Positions 1 through 9,660 of a DNA stretch of 64,000 nucleotides are shown here, one piece after another. The notes below the pieces were generated by a model. The model searched no databases, was not told the DNA's origin, and saw only the letters and a program-made list of their open reading frames with translations. Location: the IMG/VR virus record IMGVR_UViG_3300045988_163275, positions 43,752-107,751 of that record; one strand, written 5' to 3'. A program made the position numbers and the translations under genes. Numbering within the stretch: position 1 is the first letter of the stretch; each line of letters opens with the position of its first letter. The DNA comes from a virus. Its lineage: Duplodnaviria > Heunggongvirae > Uroviricota > Caudoviricetes.

Positions 1-374
1 AAAGCGGCCAGCAACATCGCCAGAGAAGACTTCAGCCCGGCGATTTCATGATCTTTGCTGGCGTTGGTTTCATCTGCCTTGACTGAATCCAGTGAGCACT
101 TCGGCTTGCTTACCATTTCCAGAGTTGCCTGAAGTTTGTCGGCGCGTTCTTTCTCTTCCAGATACGCTTCGCCGAAATGACGCGCCAGCATCACAATTTC
201 AATCGGATCATCAATCATGCTTGAGAACTTGAGAACGCTGAAAAGGCGGTCAATAGGGGAGGCGTCGTCTTCGTGACCAACCACAAGACCCATGATCTCA
301 ACCAGTTCGGCCGCACCAACTTTTTTAATCACGCTTTCAACTTTGGCATTAGTTTTTTTGCATTTTTCACACAT
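1..374 (-). CDS. hypothetical protein, 3' part runs off the left edge of the window
   Basis: Minus-strand ORF starting at ATG 372-374 (MCEKCKKTNAKVESV...) with AAGGAAG RBS; not in ORF track because no stop within window. Confidence 0.4.
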   Translation of the reverse strand, partial: MCEKCKKTNAKVESVIKKVGAAELVEIMGLVVGHEDDASPIDRLFSVLKFSSMIDDPIEIVMLARHFGEAYLEEKERADKLQATLEMVSKPKCSLDSVKADETNASKDHEIAGLKSSLAMLLAA

Positions 375-392
375 GTGTTCTTCCTTATGCTT

Positions 393-410
393 TTAAACAA
401 GTTGTTTTCT
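393..410. promoter_or_regulatory. class-2 palindromic motif TTAAACAAGTTGTTTTCT
   Basis: About 20 bp upstream of start of left-edge gene; same motif upstream of cobT-like, dnaB-like and parA-like genes. Confidence 0.45.
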
Positions 411-582
411 TAATTGTTTAATTGTCTCAAATTCTATGATGATGTGAAGAGTTGCATTAAGGCGAAAAGACACGCAAAAGGAAAAATCAGGCATACCAGA
501 CATTTATTTAAAGTGGCATTCATAGCAGAATGTTCTCATTGCCGAAGTTCTATTCAGACGTCAGTCCCTAAGAGAGAGCAAA

Positions 583-1542
583 ATGTTTGGTAATCTTTTC
601 AAAACGGAAGAAACTAAGGCCCGGGAGGGCTTGGAGTCTCATTATCAGAAAGTCATGAGCTTCGTTGCTGAAAATGATCTACATGAAGCATGGGAAAAAA
701 CACGCAATATCATTTTTCGAAATATGGAAGTTAGAAGCTACATCACGCAAAACGGCGCGTTCGATCGTAACGATTTTTACTATAAGTCAGCCAAAGAGAA
801 GCTTATTCAAAGCGCCTTCACTTCATACCTACTCATAAAAGTTTTACCTCAGTTCTATGAAATGCATCTCACCACTTTGAAAAGAAAAGAAAAAACACTC
901 ACAACACAGGATGAATACGGGGTCTGGAACTTTGACAAGTGGTTTGATGAAGTAGACTACTTTTATGACAAGGTAGTAAAAGAGAAAGTTTACGATTGGA
1001 TCGAAGAGAACACAGGCCGGCTCAACAACCTTTGGTTGGCAGAGTCGGAGGACAAGAATGCCTGGGGGCGGCCAGTTTACTTTAAATTCCAGTTGCCTGA
1101 ACAATTTGATCGCTGCGCAATAAATCACATTATGACGGTGGTAGACAATACACCAGAACCTGAATTACCTGAGTACACTTCGCTACTGACCGGGCACGAA
1201 TATGAGCATTTTGTCGCTGGGGAGTTTATGAAGTATGGATCCGACACCCAAGTAACTAAGGGCAGCGGCGATCACGGTCTGGATATCCTTGTAACCTATA
1301 GAGAAGTTCGAATGGCTGTTCAGTGCAAACACTACCAGTCTAAAGTAGGCAACAAAGCTATTCAGGAAGCATTTTCCGCGAAACAGTTCTACGATTGCTC
1401 CCTCGCAATAGTAGTCAGCAACAGCGAGTTTACCCCTCACGCCAGACAAGCAGCCAAAAAACTGGACGTTTATCTGTATCACCATGAAGATATACACTTA
1501 ATAATAGACGCCATTAATAATTGGCTGGATGCGCCGGAGTGA
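583..1542 (+). CDS. Mrr-like restriction endonuclease domain protein (N-terminal unknown domain + C-terminal PD-(D/E)xK Mrr_cat-like)
   Basis: C-terminal segment GSGDHGLDILVTY...VQCKHYQSKVGNKAIQEAFSAKQFY...AIVVSNSEFT resembles Mrr catalytic domain; plus strand among minus-strand genes. Confidence 0.55.
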   Translation: MFGNLFKTEETKAREGLESHYQKVMSFVAENDLHEAWEKTRNIIFRNMEVRSYITQNGAFDRNDFYYKSAKEKLIQSAFTSYLLIKVLPQFYEMHLTTLKRKEKTLTTQDEYGVWNFDKWFDEVDYFYDKVVKEKVYDWIEENTGRLNNLWLAESEDKNAWGRPVYFKFQLPEQFDRCAINHIMTVVDNTPEPELPEYTSLLTGHEYEHFVAGEFMKYGSDTQVTKGSGDHGLDILVTYREVRMAVQCKHYQSKVGNKAIQEAFSAKQFYDCSLAIVVSNSEFTPHARQAAKKLDVYLYHHEDIHLIIDAINNWLDAPE

Positions 1543-1775
1543 AGATTGAGGGGCTAATGCCCCCCCCTATTCGTCGGTTAAAAGAACCCGAGGATGCCGC
1601 CCACTGGAACAATGAAAACTCCCACGACACGCGCAAGTGTCACTCCGGCATGAGACTGGAGATCGCCATCGTTCACAAGTTTCACCAGATTCATGATCCA
1701 GCCGCTAAACAAAAAAACGGTAAAGCCAACAATCATCAAGGTGAATTTCTGGAAGTTCCATTTCATACAATAGCC

Positions 1776-2369
1776 TCAGTCACAGCAGAAGGAAGATCCG
1801 GAGTCGCAGGTCGAGCTGGAATCGTGTCCATCAGCATCCCATCCAGAGAGACAGGAGGTCGTTCGGGCAGGGGGGTCATCTGCAAGGCCGTGGTGGCAGT
1901 GGAAGTAGTTGTGCCCGGCATCAAAAGGCTCTGACCGGCTGGTACGGTAACCGCTGCCAGAGTTGCCAAAATCACTCCGTAGGCCATTGGCTTCAGTCGA
2001 TTTCGTTGAAAATTTTCCATGAGAACTGTCCTTGTGTGTCCGGGTTTCACGCAAAACACGAGAAGCAACGCTATTACGCACCTTCTCCATGCCTACTGTC
2101 GTGCCCAGATTAGCTATGGCGGTAGCTTGCGCATTAATGCGCTTCTCCAGTTCAAACACTCGTTCTTCCAGTTCCGCAAGGCGTGCGGAAACACGACCAC
2201 TAAACAGCTCGGTCAGCACCAGGCGAATTGAACGGGGACGTTTATTGAAAGAAGTGAAAGACGTTTGACGGGCCATGTGGATTCCATTCAGTGTCAGAAA
2301 GAGTTGCGGCTGGCCAAGCCGCCTTTTGGCGTTCCATCCTGGAACCGTACCTAACCGGTACTTCGTCAT
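1776..2369 (-). CDS. hypothetical protein with coiled-coil segment; C-terminal half low complexity, possible frameshift
   Basis: ORF with ARLAELEERVFELEKRINAQATAIANL heptad-like region; a second frame (1763..2068) overlaps. Confidence 0.3.
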   Translation of the reverse strand: MTKYRLGTVPGWNAKRRLGQPQLFLTLNGIHMARQTSFTSFNKRPRSIRLVLTELFSGRVSARLAELEERVFELEKRINAQATAIANLGTTVGMEKVRNSVASRVLRETRTHKDSSHGKFSTKSTEANGLRSDFGNSGSGYRTSRSEPFDAGHNYFHCHHGLADDPPARTTSCLSGWDADGHDSSSTCDSGSSFCCD

Positions 2370-2426
2370 CCTGACGATTTATAAGATACCTGATTTATTA
2401 TAGTAGGTAAATACTTACTTATCTTT

Positions 2427-3023
2427 TTATGACAAAAACCCAATGTCATGCTTGTGAGGCATATCAGCTGCGGAATAGGCGGCGATCTTCGCCAGACGGT
2501 CACACATTTCGTTCTCGCGATGACCTGCATGGCCTTTAACCCACTTCCAGCGGACATTATGACGACTGGCGGCCGCGTCGAGACGTTTCCAGAGATCCAC
2601 GTTTTTGACTGGCTTCTTCTCAGACGTGATCCATCCGTTACGCTTCCAGCCTTTCATCCAGAGCGTCATGCCGTTTTTAAGATACTGGCTGTCGGAATGC
2701 AGGATCACGTTGCAGGGGTACTTCAGACGCTCCAGCGCAATCAGGGCGCCCATCATCTCCATCCGATTGTTGGTCGTGCTGTGGAAGCCCTCAGAAAGCT
2801 CGCGCTCTTCGCCTCGATACTGGAGAACGATGCCGTAACCGCCCGGCCCGCCCGGATTTTTGAGGCAGGAGCCATCACTGAATACTTTTACGGTTTTGAG
2901 CTGGGGATTGAACTCGACTACGGGTGTGTTGAAATTGGTACGGGAATGCTGGTGGGTTTGGCATCTGGCTTTAGACTTCGTGCGGCAGCCAGTGCGTTGC
3001 CGGACTGGGTTCTTGGTCGTCAT
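2427..3023 (-). CDS. rnhA: ribonuclease H (RNase HI type), with N-terminal extension
   Basis: FSDGSC...NPGGPGGYG...[16 protein letters not shown]...HSDSQY...[18 protein letters not shown] matches RNase HI catalytic motifs. Confidence 0.85.
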   Translation of the reverse strand: MTTKNPVRQRTGCRTKSKARCQTHQHSRTNFNTPVVEFNPQLKTVKVFSDGSCLKNPGGPGGYGIVLQYRGEERELSEGFHSTTNNRMEMMGALIALERLKYPCNVILHSDSQYLKNGMTLWMKGWKRNGWITSEKKPVKNVDLWKRLDAAASRHNVRWKWVKGHAGHRENEMCDRLAKIAAYSAADMPHKHDIGFLS

Positions 3024-3599
3024 TTTGGCTCCAGAATCGTGCGCCGCGACGATTTTTGTTTTCTCGCGCGTGTGCGCACGCGTGCGTGTAAATAATAAAA
3101 AATTTTATAAAAGAAAAACTTACTTCCCAGAACAGGTTTTAATAAAACCTGAACTGAACGAACGAAGTGAGTGAAGTTCACCTCGAACGAAGTGAGAGGT
3201 TGTCTTTTCAGGTAATACTCTCCCAGGGAGGTGAGTACAAAATTTCCTCACCAACCTGGTCGTTTCATAACCTGAAAAGTTATGACCTAAGTCTACTGCC
3301 AGCTTAGGCTTGGGAAGTTATGGATGACAGCACCCCAGAACCGAGATCTTCCCACACTTTATGAAGGGGAGTACTGGAATCAACCTCTCGAAACACTCCA
3401 GACTCGACAATCATAAAGTGACCCTTCTCTCTGCTCACTTTGGTTCCCCCTTCCCCAACCCCTAAACGGTGCTGGTTCTACGCTGGTAGTGAGCTTTTTT
3501 AAACCTGACGCCAGTGACGCAATCCCCCACCCATCAGGTCGAGCTGCCGAAAGTATCCGGAAGCGGATAGATTGTATCACTGGTTAGTGGCGCTTTGAA

Positions 3600-3617
3600 T
3601 GGTAAGTACTTACCTAT
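3600..3617. promoter_or_regulatory. class-1 palindromic motif (GGTAAGTACTTACC core)
   Basis: Perfect palindrome in intergenic DNA; member of a family with about 20 copies. Confidence 0.45.
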
Positions 3618-3847
3618 TATATTGATTGATTAATTTCTCGCCCATGCAGCTGGACATTCAGAGCAAACACCTCATTGATCAGCTCACCCAACAACTGCTC
3701 CACCAGTTCTATGTGCTCGCCTGAATGAAGACACTTGAGCGACCATTCGTAGAGACTGAAAGCCTTATCGCGATCTTTCATCATGTCGCGTATCTTGGCC
3801 AGAAAATCGCTCTCAACGAGCGCTACGACGTTCGTCGGGTATATCAT
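3617..3847 (-). CDS. hypothetical small protein
   Basis: 76-aa ORF, no recognizable motif. Confidence 0.3.
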   Translation of the reverse strand: MIYPTNVVALVESDFLAKIRDMMKDRDKAFSLYEWSLKCLHSGEHIELVEQLLGELINEVFALNVQLHGREINQSI

Positions 3848-4049
3848 GATAATTTTCCTTACTGTGGTTCATAAAATCGATTCTAGAGCGTCTGGAGAGG
3901 GACTCCAGTGGGTTCTGGAGGTGTAAAACGGTCTGGGAGTTGTTTGGAAATCACGTCTTAAAAAGCCTGCGTCTGTATATATTAATAATTAGTACTTAGT
4001 TATTTATATATACGGAAGCAGGTTCTCAAACTAACTCCCAGACTGGTGT

Positions 4050-4643
4050 TTACGCTGCCTTTTTACGTGGTCTCTTCTTCCTGACAACATTGGCAGGGTC
4101 ATAACCACCCAGCTTTTTCATCACCGCCAGCGGTATCTTGCTGATGGTGTGCCCAGCTTCCTGACAGTAGCCACGGAAGATAAGCAACATGCTGCCACCA
4201 GGGTTGATGTTCACCTCCACCAGCCCAAGTTCAACATCCGGCTCAACGAACGCCACGCGGCCGCCAGACAAGATGACGGTTTCGTTGGCGCATTCAGCCG
4301 CACGCTCGTACCACTGCGTATCGAGGGATTGTGGTATCAGCATGACCGTCGTCACTCCACGCGCCTGCTCGCGAATGGCTGCGTCTATCCAGGGGGTGAT
4401 TTTGGAGTAGGGCGGGTTAAGGAACGCCACAGTGCCAGGTTCTCCCCAACTGCACTTGAGCGCATCACGCTCAACACCGATAAAGTTCGGCAGGAGAGCA
4501 TTATCTTTGTTGCAGGCGACGTCCACATCGAACTTTACGCCTATGTAACGTTGGATGGCGACAAACAACCACTGCGGTGTGCGCCAAAGGTCGCGAAGAG
4601 AGGCATCACGCTCTCGCTTTTTGATTTTTTCGGCTGCGATCAT
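4050..4643 (-). CDS. phage-type DNA N6-adenine methyltransferase (Dam-like)
   Basis: FLNPPYS catalytic motif and overall phage Dam-like pattern; palindromic motif 12 nt upstream of ATG. Confidence 0.75.
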   Translation of the reverse strand: MIAAEKIKKRERDASLRDLWRTPQWLFVAIQRYIGVKFDVDVACNKDNALLPNFIGVERDALKCSWGEPGTVAFLNPPYSKITPWIDAAIREQARGVTTVMLIPQSLDTQWYERAAECANETVILSGGRVAFVEPDVELGLVEVNINPGGSMLLIFRGYCQEAGHTISKIPLAVMKKLGGYDPANVVRKKRPRKKAA

Positions 4644-4654
4644 TACTTTACTCT

Positions 4655-4676
4655 GATAGGTAAATACTTACCTATT
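4655..4676. promoter_or_regulatory. class-1 palindromic motif ATAGGTAAATACTTACCTAT upstream of Dam-like gene
   Basis: 8-bp inverted arms ATAGGTAA/TTACCTAT, 12 nt upstream of start codon. Confidence 0.45.
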
Positions 4677-4797
4677 TTTTCATTTAATCCAACGGATAGC
4701 AAACAAAGAAGAACGCGCCAGATTCGCAAACGGGAAGCTCTCTGGCGCGTTTTATCGATGCTGGGTAAGCCAATTCATACCCAGCATCCTAAAGCTC

Positions 4798-5670
4798 TCA
4801 GGGTGCTTTAGATCGTGCAGAGGAACATTGTTCAATGGAATACTCCGCTATGAATTTTTTGACGATCGGCGACTCTTTATTAAGCGTTAGATTTCCACCT
4901 TCTCTGGTGGCAATGCCTGTGGCCGGAAACACAGCCATCATCTGGCCAGCCTGAGTCGAAGCCGTGTTAAGTGGATATGGTTTCTCCGGGTAGCTCATTA
5001 GCGCCAGTTTGATGCTATTGCTGGTCGCCGTGTTCGTATCAAGAATATGGCGCATTGCGATTACCGTGTAGACGCTGATTTCCGGGCCACCACTAAACCA
5101 GTTCAGGAGGTTTAAGATTTTGTCTTTCGCTTTGACCGGCGCGCCTTCAAATGCGGCAGTAAAGCGCTCACTATCCAGACCGGCTGTCACATAGAACGAT
5201 TCATCCTTACCCTCCAGCGTGAAGCGAGGTTTGGTCGGCGCACGCTTTGATTGTGCCTTCTGGTGTTTTGGCTGCTCTTCTTCAGGTTTAGGCCCAGACT
5301 CCACTGAAGGTAAAAGCGTTGGAGCTATATCGGTGGTCTCAGCGCTTCGAGCATCAAGTTCAGGTGTTGGCTCGTCCACTATCTCCGCAATAGGGCCACG
5401 CTCTGGCTCCTCGACCTTCACCGATTCGTGTGCAATCTCAAGCTCTTCCAGAACGCCACTCAGATCGCCGGTAGAGCTGACATTCATGACTTCATCTGCC
5501 ACCGCCTCGACTGGTTTTGCGATTGCATCATCCAGACCAGAAAGAAGATCGTCGATCTCGTCGACACCGCTCATTTTCGCAGCTTTCTGAACCGGTTCTT
5601 CGAGAGATTGCAGCATTGCAGTCAATTCATCCAGGTCATCGTTTTTAACAATGTTTGAAACTGCGCTCAT
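4798..5670 (-). CDS. hypothetical acidic protein
   Basis: ORF; start placed at ATG 5668-5670 preceded by AAGGAG; acidic N-terminal half. Confidence 0.45.
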   Translation of the reverse strand: MSAVSNIVKNDDLDELTAMLQSLEEPVQKAAKMSGVDEIDDLLSGLDDAIAKPVEAVADEVMNVSSTGDLSGVLEELEIAHESVKVEEPERGPIAEIVDEPTPELDARSAETTDIAPTLLPSVESGPKPEEEQPKHQKAQSKRAPTKPRFTLEGKDESFYVTAGLDSERFTAAFEGAPVKAKDKILNLLNWFSGGPEISVYTVIAMRHILDTNTATSNSIKLALMSYPEKPYPLNTASTQAGQMMAVFPATGIATREGGNLTLNKESPIVKKFIAEYSIEQCSSARSKAP

Positions 5671-5798
5671 TTTTAACTCCTTATGTTTTCGTTGGTGCAT
5701 TTCCGCGTTTTGGTTGAGCTTATTCTGGCAAAACCTATCAGGCAGAAAAGTCATAACTACAGGCAGTTAAAGGAACTGGAGGCAAAGAAAAAGCGCCA

Positions 5799-6353
5799 TC
5801 AGGCGCTTTCGAATGGGAGTTTGAAGAAGCCGTATTTCTCTCGGGCTTTGAAGAAACACTGCATCATCAGATCAGTATCGTAGAGAGCACTGTGGGCTTT
5901 CTCACGGTCGTAAGTGAACCCAAGTGAGAATGCCAGCTCTTCCAGGCGTGGGCGCTTCCCATCCTCGGTAGCCCACAGGGAAAATAGAGTGTCAACCAGA
6001 GGGATTTCTGGCAATTTCACTCCATAGCTTCCGAACTCGTGGCGAATGAACGGAAGGTCAAAAGCCTCCCCGTTATGGGCGACTAACGCGCTACATGCCC
6101 CCATATATGCAGCAATCTTACCTGCGTGATCAGCCAACAGCGGTTCAGCAGCCAGTTCTTCCAGAGAGATACCATGTACAGCCTGCGCCTTCGGATCGAT
6201 GCTACGACGCGGGTTGAAGCGCATCTCAAGGCTGTCAATGCGCTTCTGGGTTTCCAGTTCATAACGAGATATCGCGATTTCGATAATTTTGTGGCCGGAT
6301 GTGAAGTCCAGCCCCGTGGACTCAATATCGACGCCACCGACAATCGTGGTCAT
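5799..6353 (-). CDS. DnaQ-like 3'-5' exonuclease (DEDDh)
   Basis: Exo motifs VDIESTGL, HNGEAFDLPF, HSALYDTD. Confidence 0.75.
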   Translation of the reverse strand: MTTIVGGVDIESTGLDFTSGHKIIEIAISRYELETQKRIDSLEMRFNPRRSIDPKAQAVHGISLEELAAEPLLADHAGKIAAYMGACSALVAHNGEAFDLPFIRHEFGSYGVKLPEIPLVDTLFSLWATEDGKRPRLEELAFSLGFTYDREKAHSALYDTDLMMQCFFKAREKYGFFKLPFESA

Positions 6354-6362
6354 TGGTACTCC

Positions 6363-6782
6363 TTACAGCTTCTTCGCGCCTTTCAGCAGTGCGCCACGCA
6401 CAAACTGAGCAGCCTTTTTTAGTGCGTCCTCGCCGCTTTCGCAGACGACCGGCTCACGCCATTCGCCCGTTGACGTGTTGAGGAGCTGAATTTGGTTAGT
6501 CTCCAGGCAAACGGACACATACAAAACCGTACCGCCCGAGAGTTTGAGATGCATAGGAAACAGAGAGCGCTTGGTGCCGCCATTGAATTGCGACATCGCC
6601 GCATTAATGGCTTCACCAACCTCTTCCCCAACAAGACCTTGAACGGACTCAAACACTGCTCGGATAGCCAGACGTGCTTCACGTTCACTCATTAAGGAAC
6701 GGGATTGTTCGTCAGCAATACGGATCAGTGCTTCAATCGCTTTGCGATCTAATTCATCCGACAGGGGAAGTTCATCTATCAT
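6363..6782 (-). CDS. hypothetical protein
   Basis: ORF; start placed at MIDELPL ATG with GAGGA RBS. Confidence 0.4.
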   Translation of the reverse strand: MIDELPLSDELDRKAIEALIRIADEQSRSLMSEREARLAIRAVFESVQGLVGEEVGEAINAAMSQFNGGTKRSLFPMHLKLSGGTVLYVSVCLETNQIQLLNTSTGEWREPVVCESGEDALKKAAQFVRGALLKGAKKL

Positions 6783-6845
6783 TCTGTTTTTCCTCAATTT
6801 ATTTAGCGTGTCTTATTGTCACACTGCCCAACAGGGGAACAACAT

Positions 6846-7490
6846 TCAGTGGAAGGTCACTCGTCCTGTTATACGGCTCTCGATGTTTTCAGTGGCTCTT
6901 TCCAGCACACGCAATACCGATCTGGCTCGCGCCTCAACCGTGCGGCACTTTTCAGAGATAATGAAAACCTGCAAATCGCCGGTATGGGGAAGGGCGCTAA
7001 TTTTCGTCAGCTCGCCACACATAAGTGCATCGATGCGAGCAACATAGAGACGGTCAAGCGATCCTCGCTGGGGACGCGCGAGATCTTTGCTGGAAAGCTC
7101 AACGCCCGGGCGAAGACCCGCTATAGCATTAAAGTTGGAAATGGCCGCTTTGTGGCAAAACTGCTCAATGTCGAGAGCCAGCTCGATGCAGCGGTCTTCG
7201 TTGGTCTGGCCGACCAGGTCAAGCGTATAAGCCATGACATCGGCTGGCGTGCGGTCGATGACAAAACCTTCAACGCCGCGGGTGATCATCTCGATGTGTC
7301 TGGCAATCTCCATCTGAACCTGAAGACGCTCGTAAAGGGGCAAACGCTCGCCAACCTTCACCCCCAGACTGCTCATCAGCTTGCCAACACCGGCATCCAC
7401 ATACGGAATGCCATAGTGCGCATCGATGTACCTTGCCAGGGTTGTTTTCCCACTGCCCTGTGCGCCAGTGATTCCAATCCGGTAATCCAT
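6846..7490 (-). CDS. P-loop nucleotide kinase (putative dNMP kinase)
   Basis: N-terminal Walker A GITGAQGSGKTT; size and context next to DHFR and ThyA. Confidence 0.6.
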   Translation of the reverse strand: MDYRIGITGAQGSGKTTLARYIDAHYGIPYVDAGVGKLMSSLGVKVGERLPLYERLQVQMEIARHIEMITRGVEGFVIDRTPADVMAYTLDLVGQTNEDRCIELALDIEQFCHKAAISNFNAIAGLRPGVELSSKDLARPQRGSLDRLYVARIDALMCGELTKISALPHTGDLQVFIISEKCRTVEARARSVLRVLERATENIESRITGRVTFH

Positions 7491-7966
7491 TACGACCTTC
7501 TGTATACGATCTGCAAAAAGCCAGGCTCATCCTCATTTGCACGTTGGGTATAAGCCGTTTCGACTGGTACGAACCCTAAAGAACGCATCATTGGCGCCGG
7601 GAAGAACGCATCCGCGCCCGACACATCCACGCCAATATGCGACAGCCAGATCTCTTCAACGTGTGGCATAAAGAGCGAGTAAATCTGCCCGCCACCAATC
7701 ACCCAGACCGGATCTGGTAGTTTTAAAACGTCATCGATGCCAGCGGGGTAGAAACCATTGGGGATATAGCCACGAGAGCGCGTCAAAACGAGGTTATGGC
7801 GCTCTGGCAGCGGGCGTTTGAGACTTTCCATCGTCTTACGTCCCATCACGACAGTGGCGTTTTTGGTGAGTTGTTTGAACAGTTTCAGATCGGTCGGGCA
7901 ACGCCAGGGAAGTTCGTTGCCAATGCCGATTTCATAGTTGCGGCCGACAGCTGCAATCATCTTCAT
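7490..7966 (-). CDS. folA: dihydrofolate reductase
   Basis: MIAAVGRNYEIG...LPW...VVMGRKT...VIGGGQIY pattern typical of DHFR. Confidence 0.85.
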   Translation of the reverse strand: MKMIAAVGRNYEIGIGNELPWRCPTDLKLFKQLTKNATVVMGRKTMESLKRPLPERHNLVLTRSRGYIPNGFYPAGIDDVLKLPDPVWVIGGGQIYSLFMPHVEEIWLSHIGVDVSGADAFFPAPMMRSLGFVPVETAYTQRANEDEPGFLQIVYRRS

Positions 7967-8376
7967 TGGCTTACCTCATAGATGGTTGGTCGCTGGTGAG
8001 AATCTGCCAGCGCAGAACGCAGACGCGGATCATGAACCAGTGCGGCGATAAGTAAGTCGCCTTTGTGCTCTGCCAGCGTGCGCTTGATATGGGTTTCAAA
8101 ACTGACACCGCGCGGAACCAGGTGGAGCCAGTCATAATCAATGCCGAAGTCCTTCAGCCAGCGCTTGGTTGGGCCTTCGAGCGCTTCCGGACGACTACTG
8201 ATAAGCACCACTTCAGCACCGGAGCGAGCAAAACCACGCAACATGCGGCTGGTGGGAAAGATGAGTTCATCACCGGCAATGAGAGCGCCTGCATCCGCAT
8301 CAGGCACTGCTTTGCGATGGCTGGCTCTCGCCAGCACACCTTCAATTTCACACAACACATACATCCCTCTGGCCAT
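7963..8376 (-). CDS. hypothetical protein (weak HAD-like resemblance)
   Basis: ORF; upstream part of the 174-aa frame overlaps thyA so start moved to MARGMY; no firm motif. Confidence 0.35.
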   Translation of the reverse strand: MARGMYVLCEIEGVLARASHRKAVPDADAGALIAGDELIFPTSRMLRGFARSGAEVVLISSRPEALEGPTKRWLKDFGIDYDWLHLVPRGVSFETHIKRTLAEHKGDLLIAALVHDPRLRSALADSHQRPTIYEVSQ

Positions 8377-8377
8377 A

Positions 8378-9493
8378 TCACACCGCCACTGGAACCTTGA
8401 TCCACGGAAGAGGGCTGTAGCCGCACACCTGCACACCTTCCCATTTGAAGTCGTCCAGTTCGGCCCATTCATGCGGGAAGATGACAACCGGGTCGGACTC
8501 TTTGGGCGGCTCGCACTTCATCAGTTCCTCAACGCCTTCCATGTGGTTGTCGTAGAGATGAACGTCAAAGCCAAAATGCACGAATGCGCCAGCCATGTGG
8601 CCGGTGATCTTCGCGAGGAAGTGGGTGAGAATGCCGTAACCGGCGATGTTGAACGGCATACCAACAAAGGTATCGACACTGCGTTGAACCAGGCATGAGT
8701 TCAGAATGCGTTTCGGGATGCCCAGCTCGTCCAGCATGTTCTCAGTAATGCCGCCATCTCTTTCCAGAAGACACAGCATCTGGGTGTAAATGGACTCGTG
8801 GCCGTGGCGGTTGTGCTGTATGCCAATGTCGGTGGCCATAGTCAGTCGGGTCTCAAAGTCCAGCTCGCGACTCCACAGTGAAAACACGAAATGGCATGGC
8901 GGCAGCTTCATATCTTCCAGTTCGCCAACATTCCAGGCATTCAGCAGGATGCGACGATCTGTAGGGTTGGTGCGAAGCGTGTCAACGATACGCTGTAGCT
9001 GGTCAATTTCACGGGACAACACAACGCGATCTTCACTTACGCCCAGATACCCCTCGACCTTGTACCCGCGCTCACGGAACGTGTCGATTTTGCGCAGATA
9101 CTCGCTATGGCTCACGATGCGAGTGTCTTCCCACCGACGCCATTGCTTGCCATAGACCGGGCCTAAATCGCCATTTTCATCGGCCCAGGCATCCCAGATT
9201 TTGACGCCATTGTCTTTCAGGAACTGGATGTTGCCTGTTCCTTTGAGATACCACTCCAGCTCAACCAGTAACGGCTTCAGATTGACGGCTTTTCCGGAGA
9301 TAAGTGGAACAGATCCGCCCGTCAGCATGTAGTAGGAAGGGACATATGAAACACTTTTTGTGCCGGTTCCGGTGCGATCACCCGCGTGAACGCCAGTGTT
9401 GAGCACCGTTTCAACCACTTTGGCATACGAATCACTGGCAAACTGACCGTTCGTAAAGTCTCGATTCAGTAGGATAGACAAAATCAACCTCAC
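8378..9493 (-). CDS. thyA: thymidylate synthase with in-frame insertions (371 aa)
   Basis: GPVYGKQWRRW, PPCHFVF, QRSVDTFVGMPFNIAGYGILTHF, HLYDNH motifs; about 45-aa insertion between the PCH motif and the QRS motif; GTG start. Confidence 0.85.
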   Translation of the reverse strand: MRLILSILLNRDFTNGQFASDSYAKVVETVLNTGVHAGDRTGTGTKSVSYVPSYYMLTGGSVPLISGKAVNLKPLLVELEWYLKGTGNIQFLKDNGVKIWDAWADENGDLGPVYGKQWRRWEDTRIVSHSEYLRKIDTFRERGYKVEGYLGVSEDRVVLSREIDQLQRIVDTLRTNPTDRRILLNAWNVGELEDMKLPPCHFVFSLWSRELDFETRLTMATDIGIQHNRHGHESIYTQMLCLLERDGGITENMLDELGIPKRILNSCLVQRSVDTFVGMPFNIAGYGILTHFLAKITGHMAGAFVHFGFDVHLYDNHMEGVEELMKCEPPKESDPVVIFPHEWAELDDFKWEGVQVCGYSPLPWIKVPVAV

Positions 9494-9660
9494 ACAAGAT
9501 AAGTAAGTACATACCTATTATTTTATACAAGTTTATCTGTCAGAAGTGTGTAAGGCTAGGAGGGGAGTAAAAAAAATGGTGGCTCTTCGGCCACCATTGC
9601 AATGAGCAATTAAGAACTTGGACAATAAAACACGCCAAGGCAATATATAATGATAAGTAC

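Noticed and set aside
844-1497. Antisense ORFs 844..1128 and 1183..1497 inside the Mrr-like gene, and similar shadow ORFs (for example 2448..3095, 4149..4811, 6816..7553, 8141..8698, 13787..14245, 37881..38660, 42387..42860)
   Set aside because: They fall entirely within longer, motif-supported genes on the opposite strand and have no motifs of their own.
8378-9493. Group I intron in thyA (as in T4 td)
   Set aside because: The reading frame is continuous through the extra sequence, so it is a protein insertion, not an intron.
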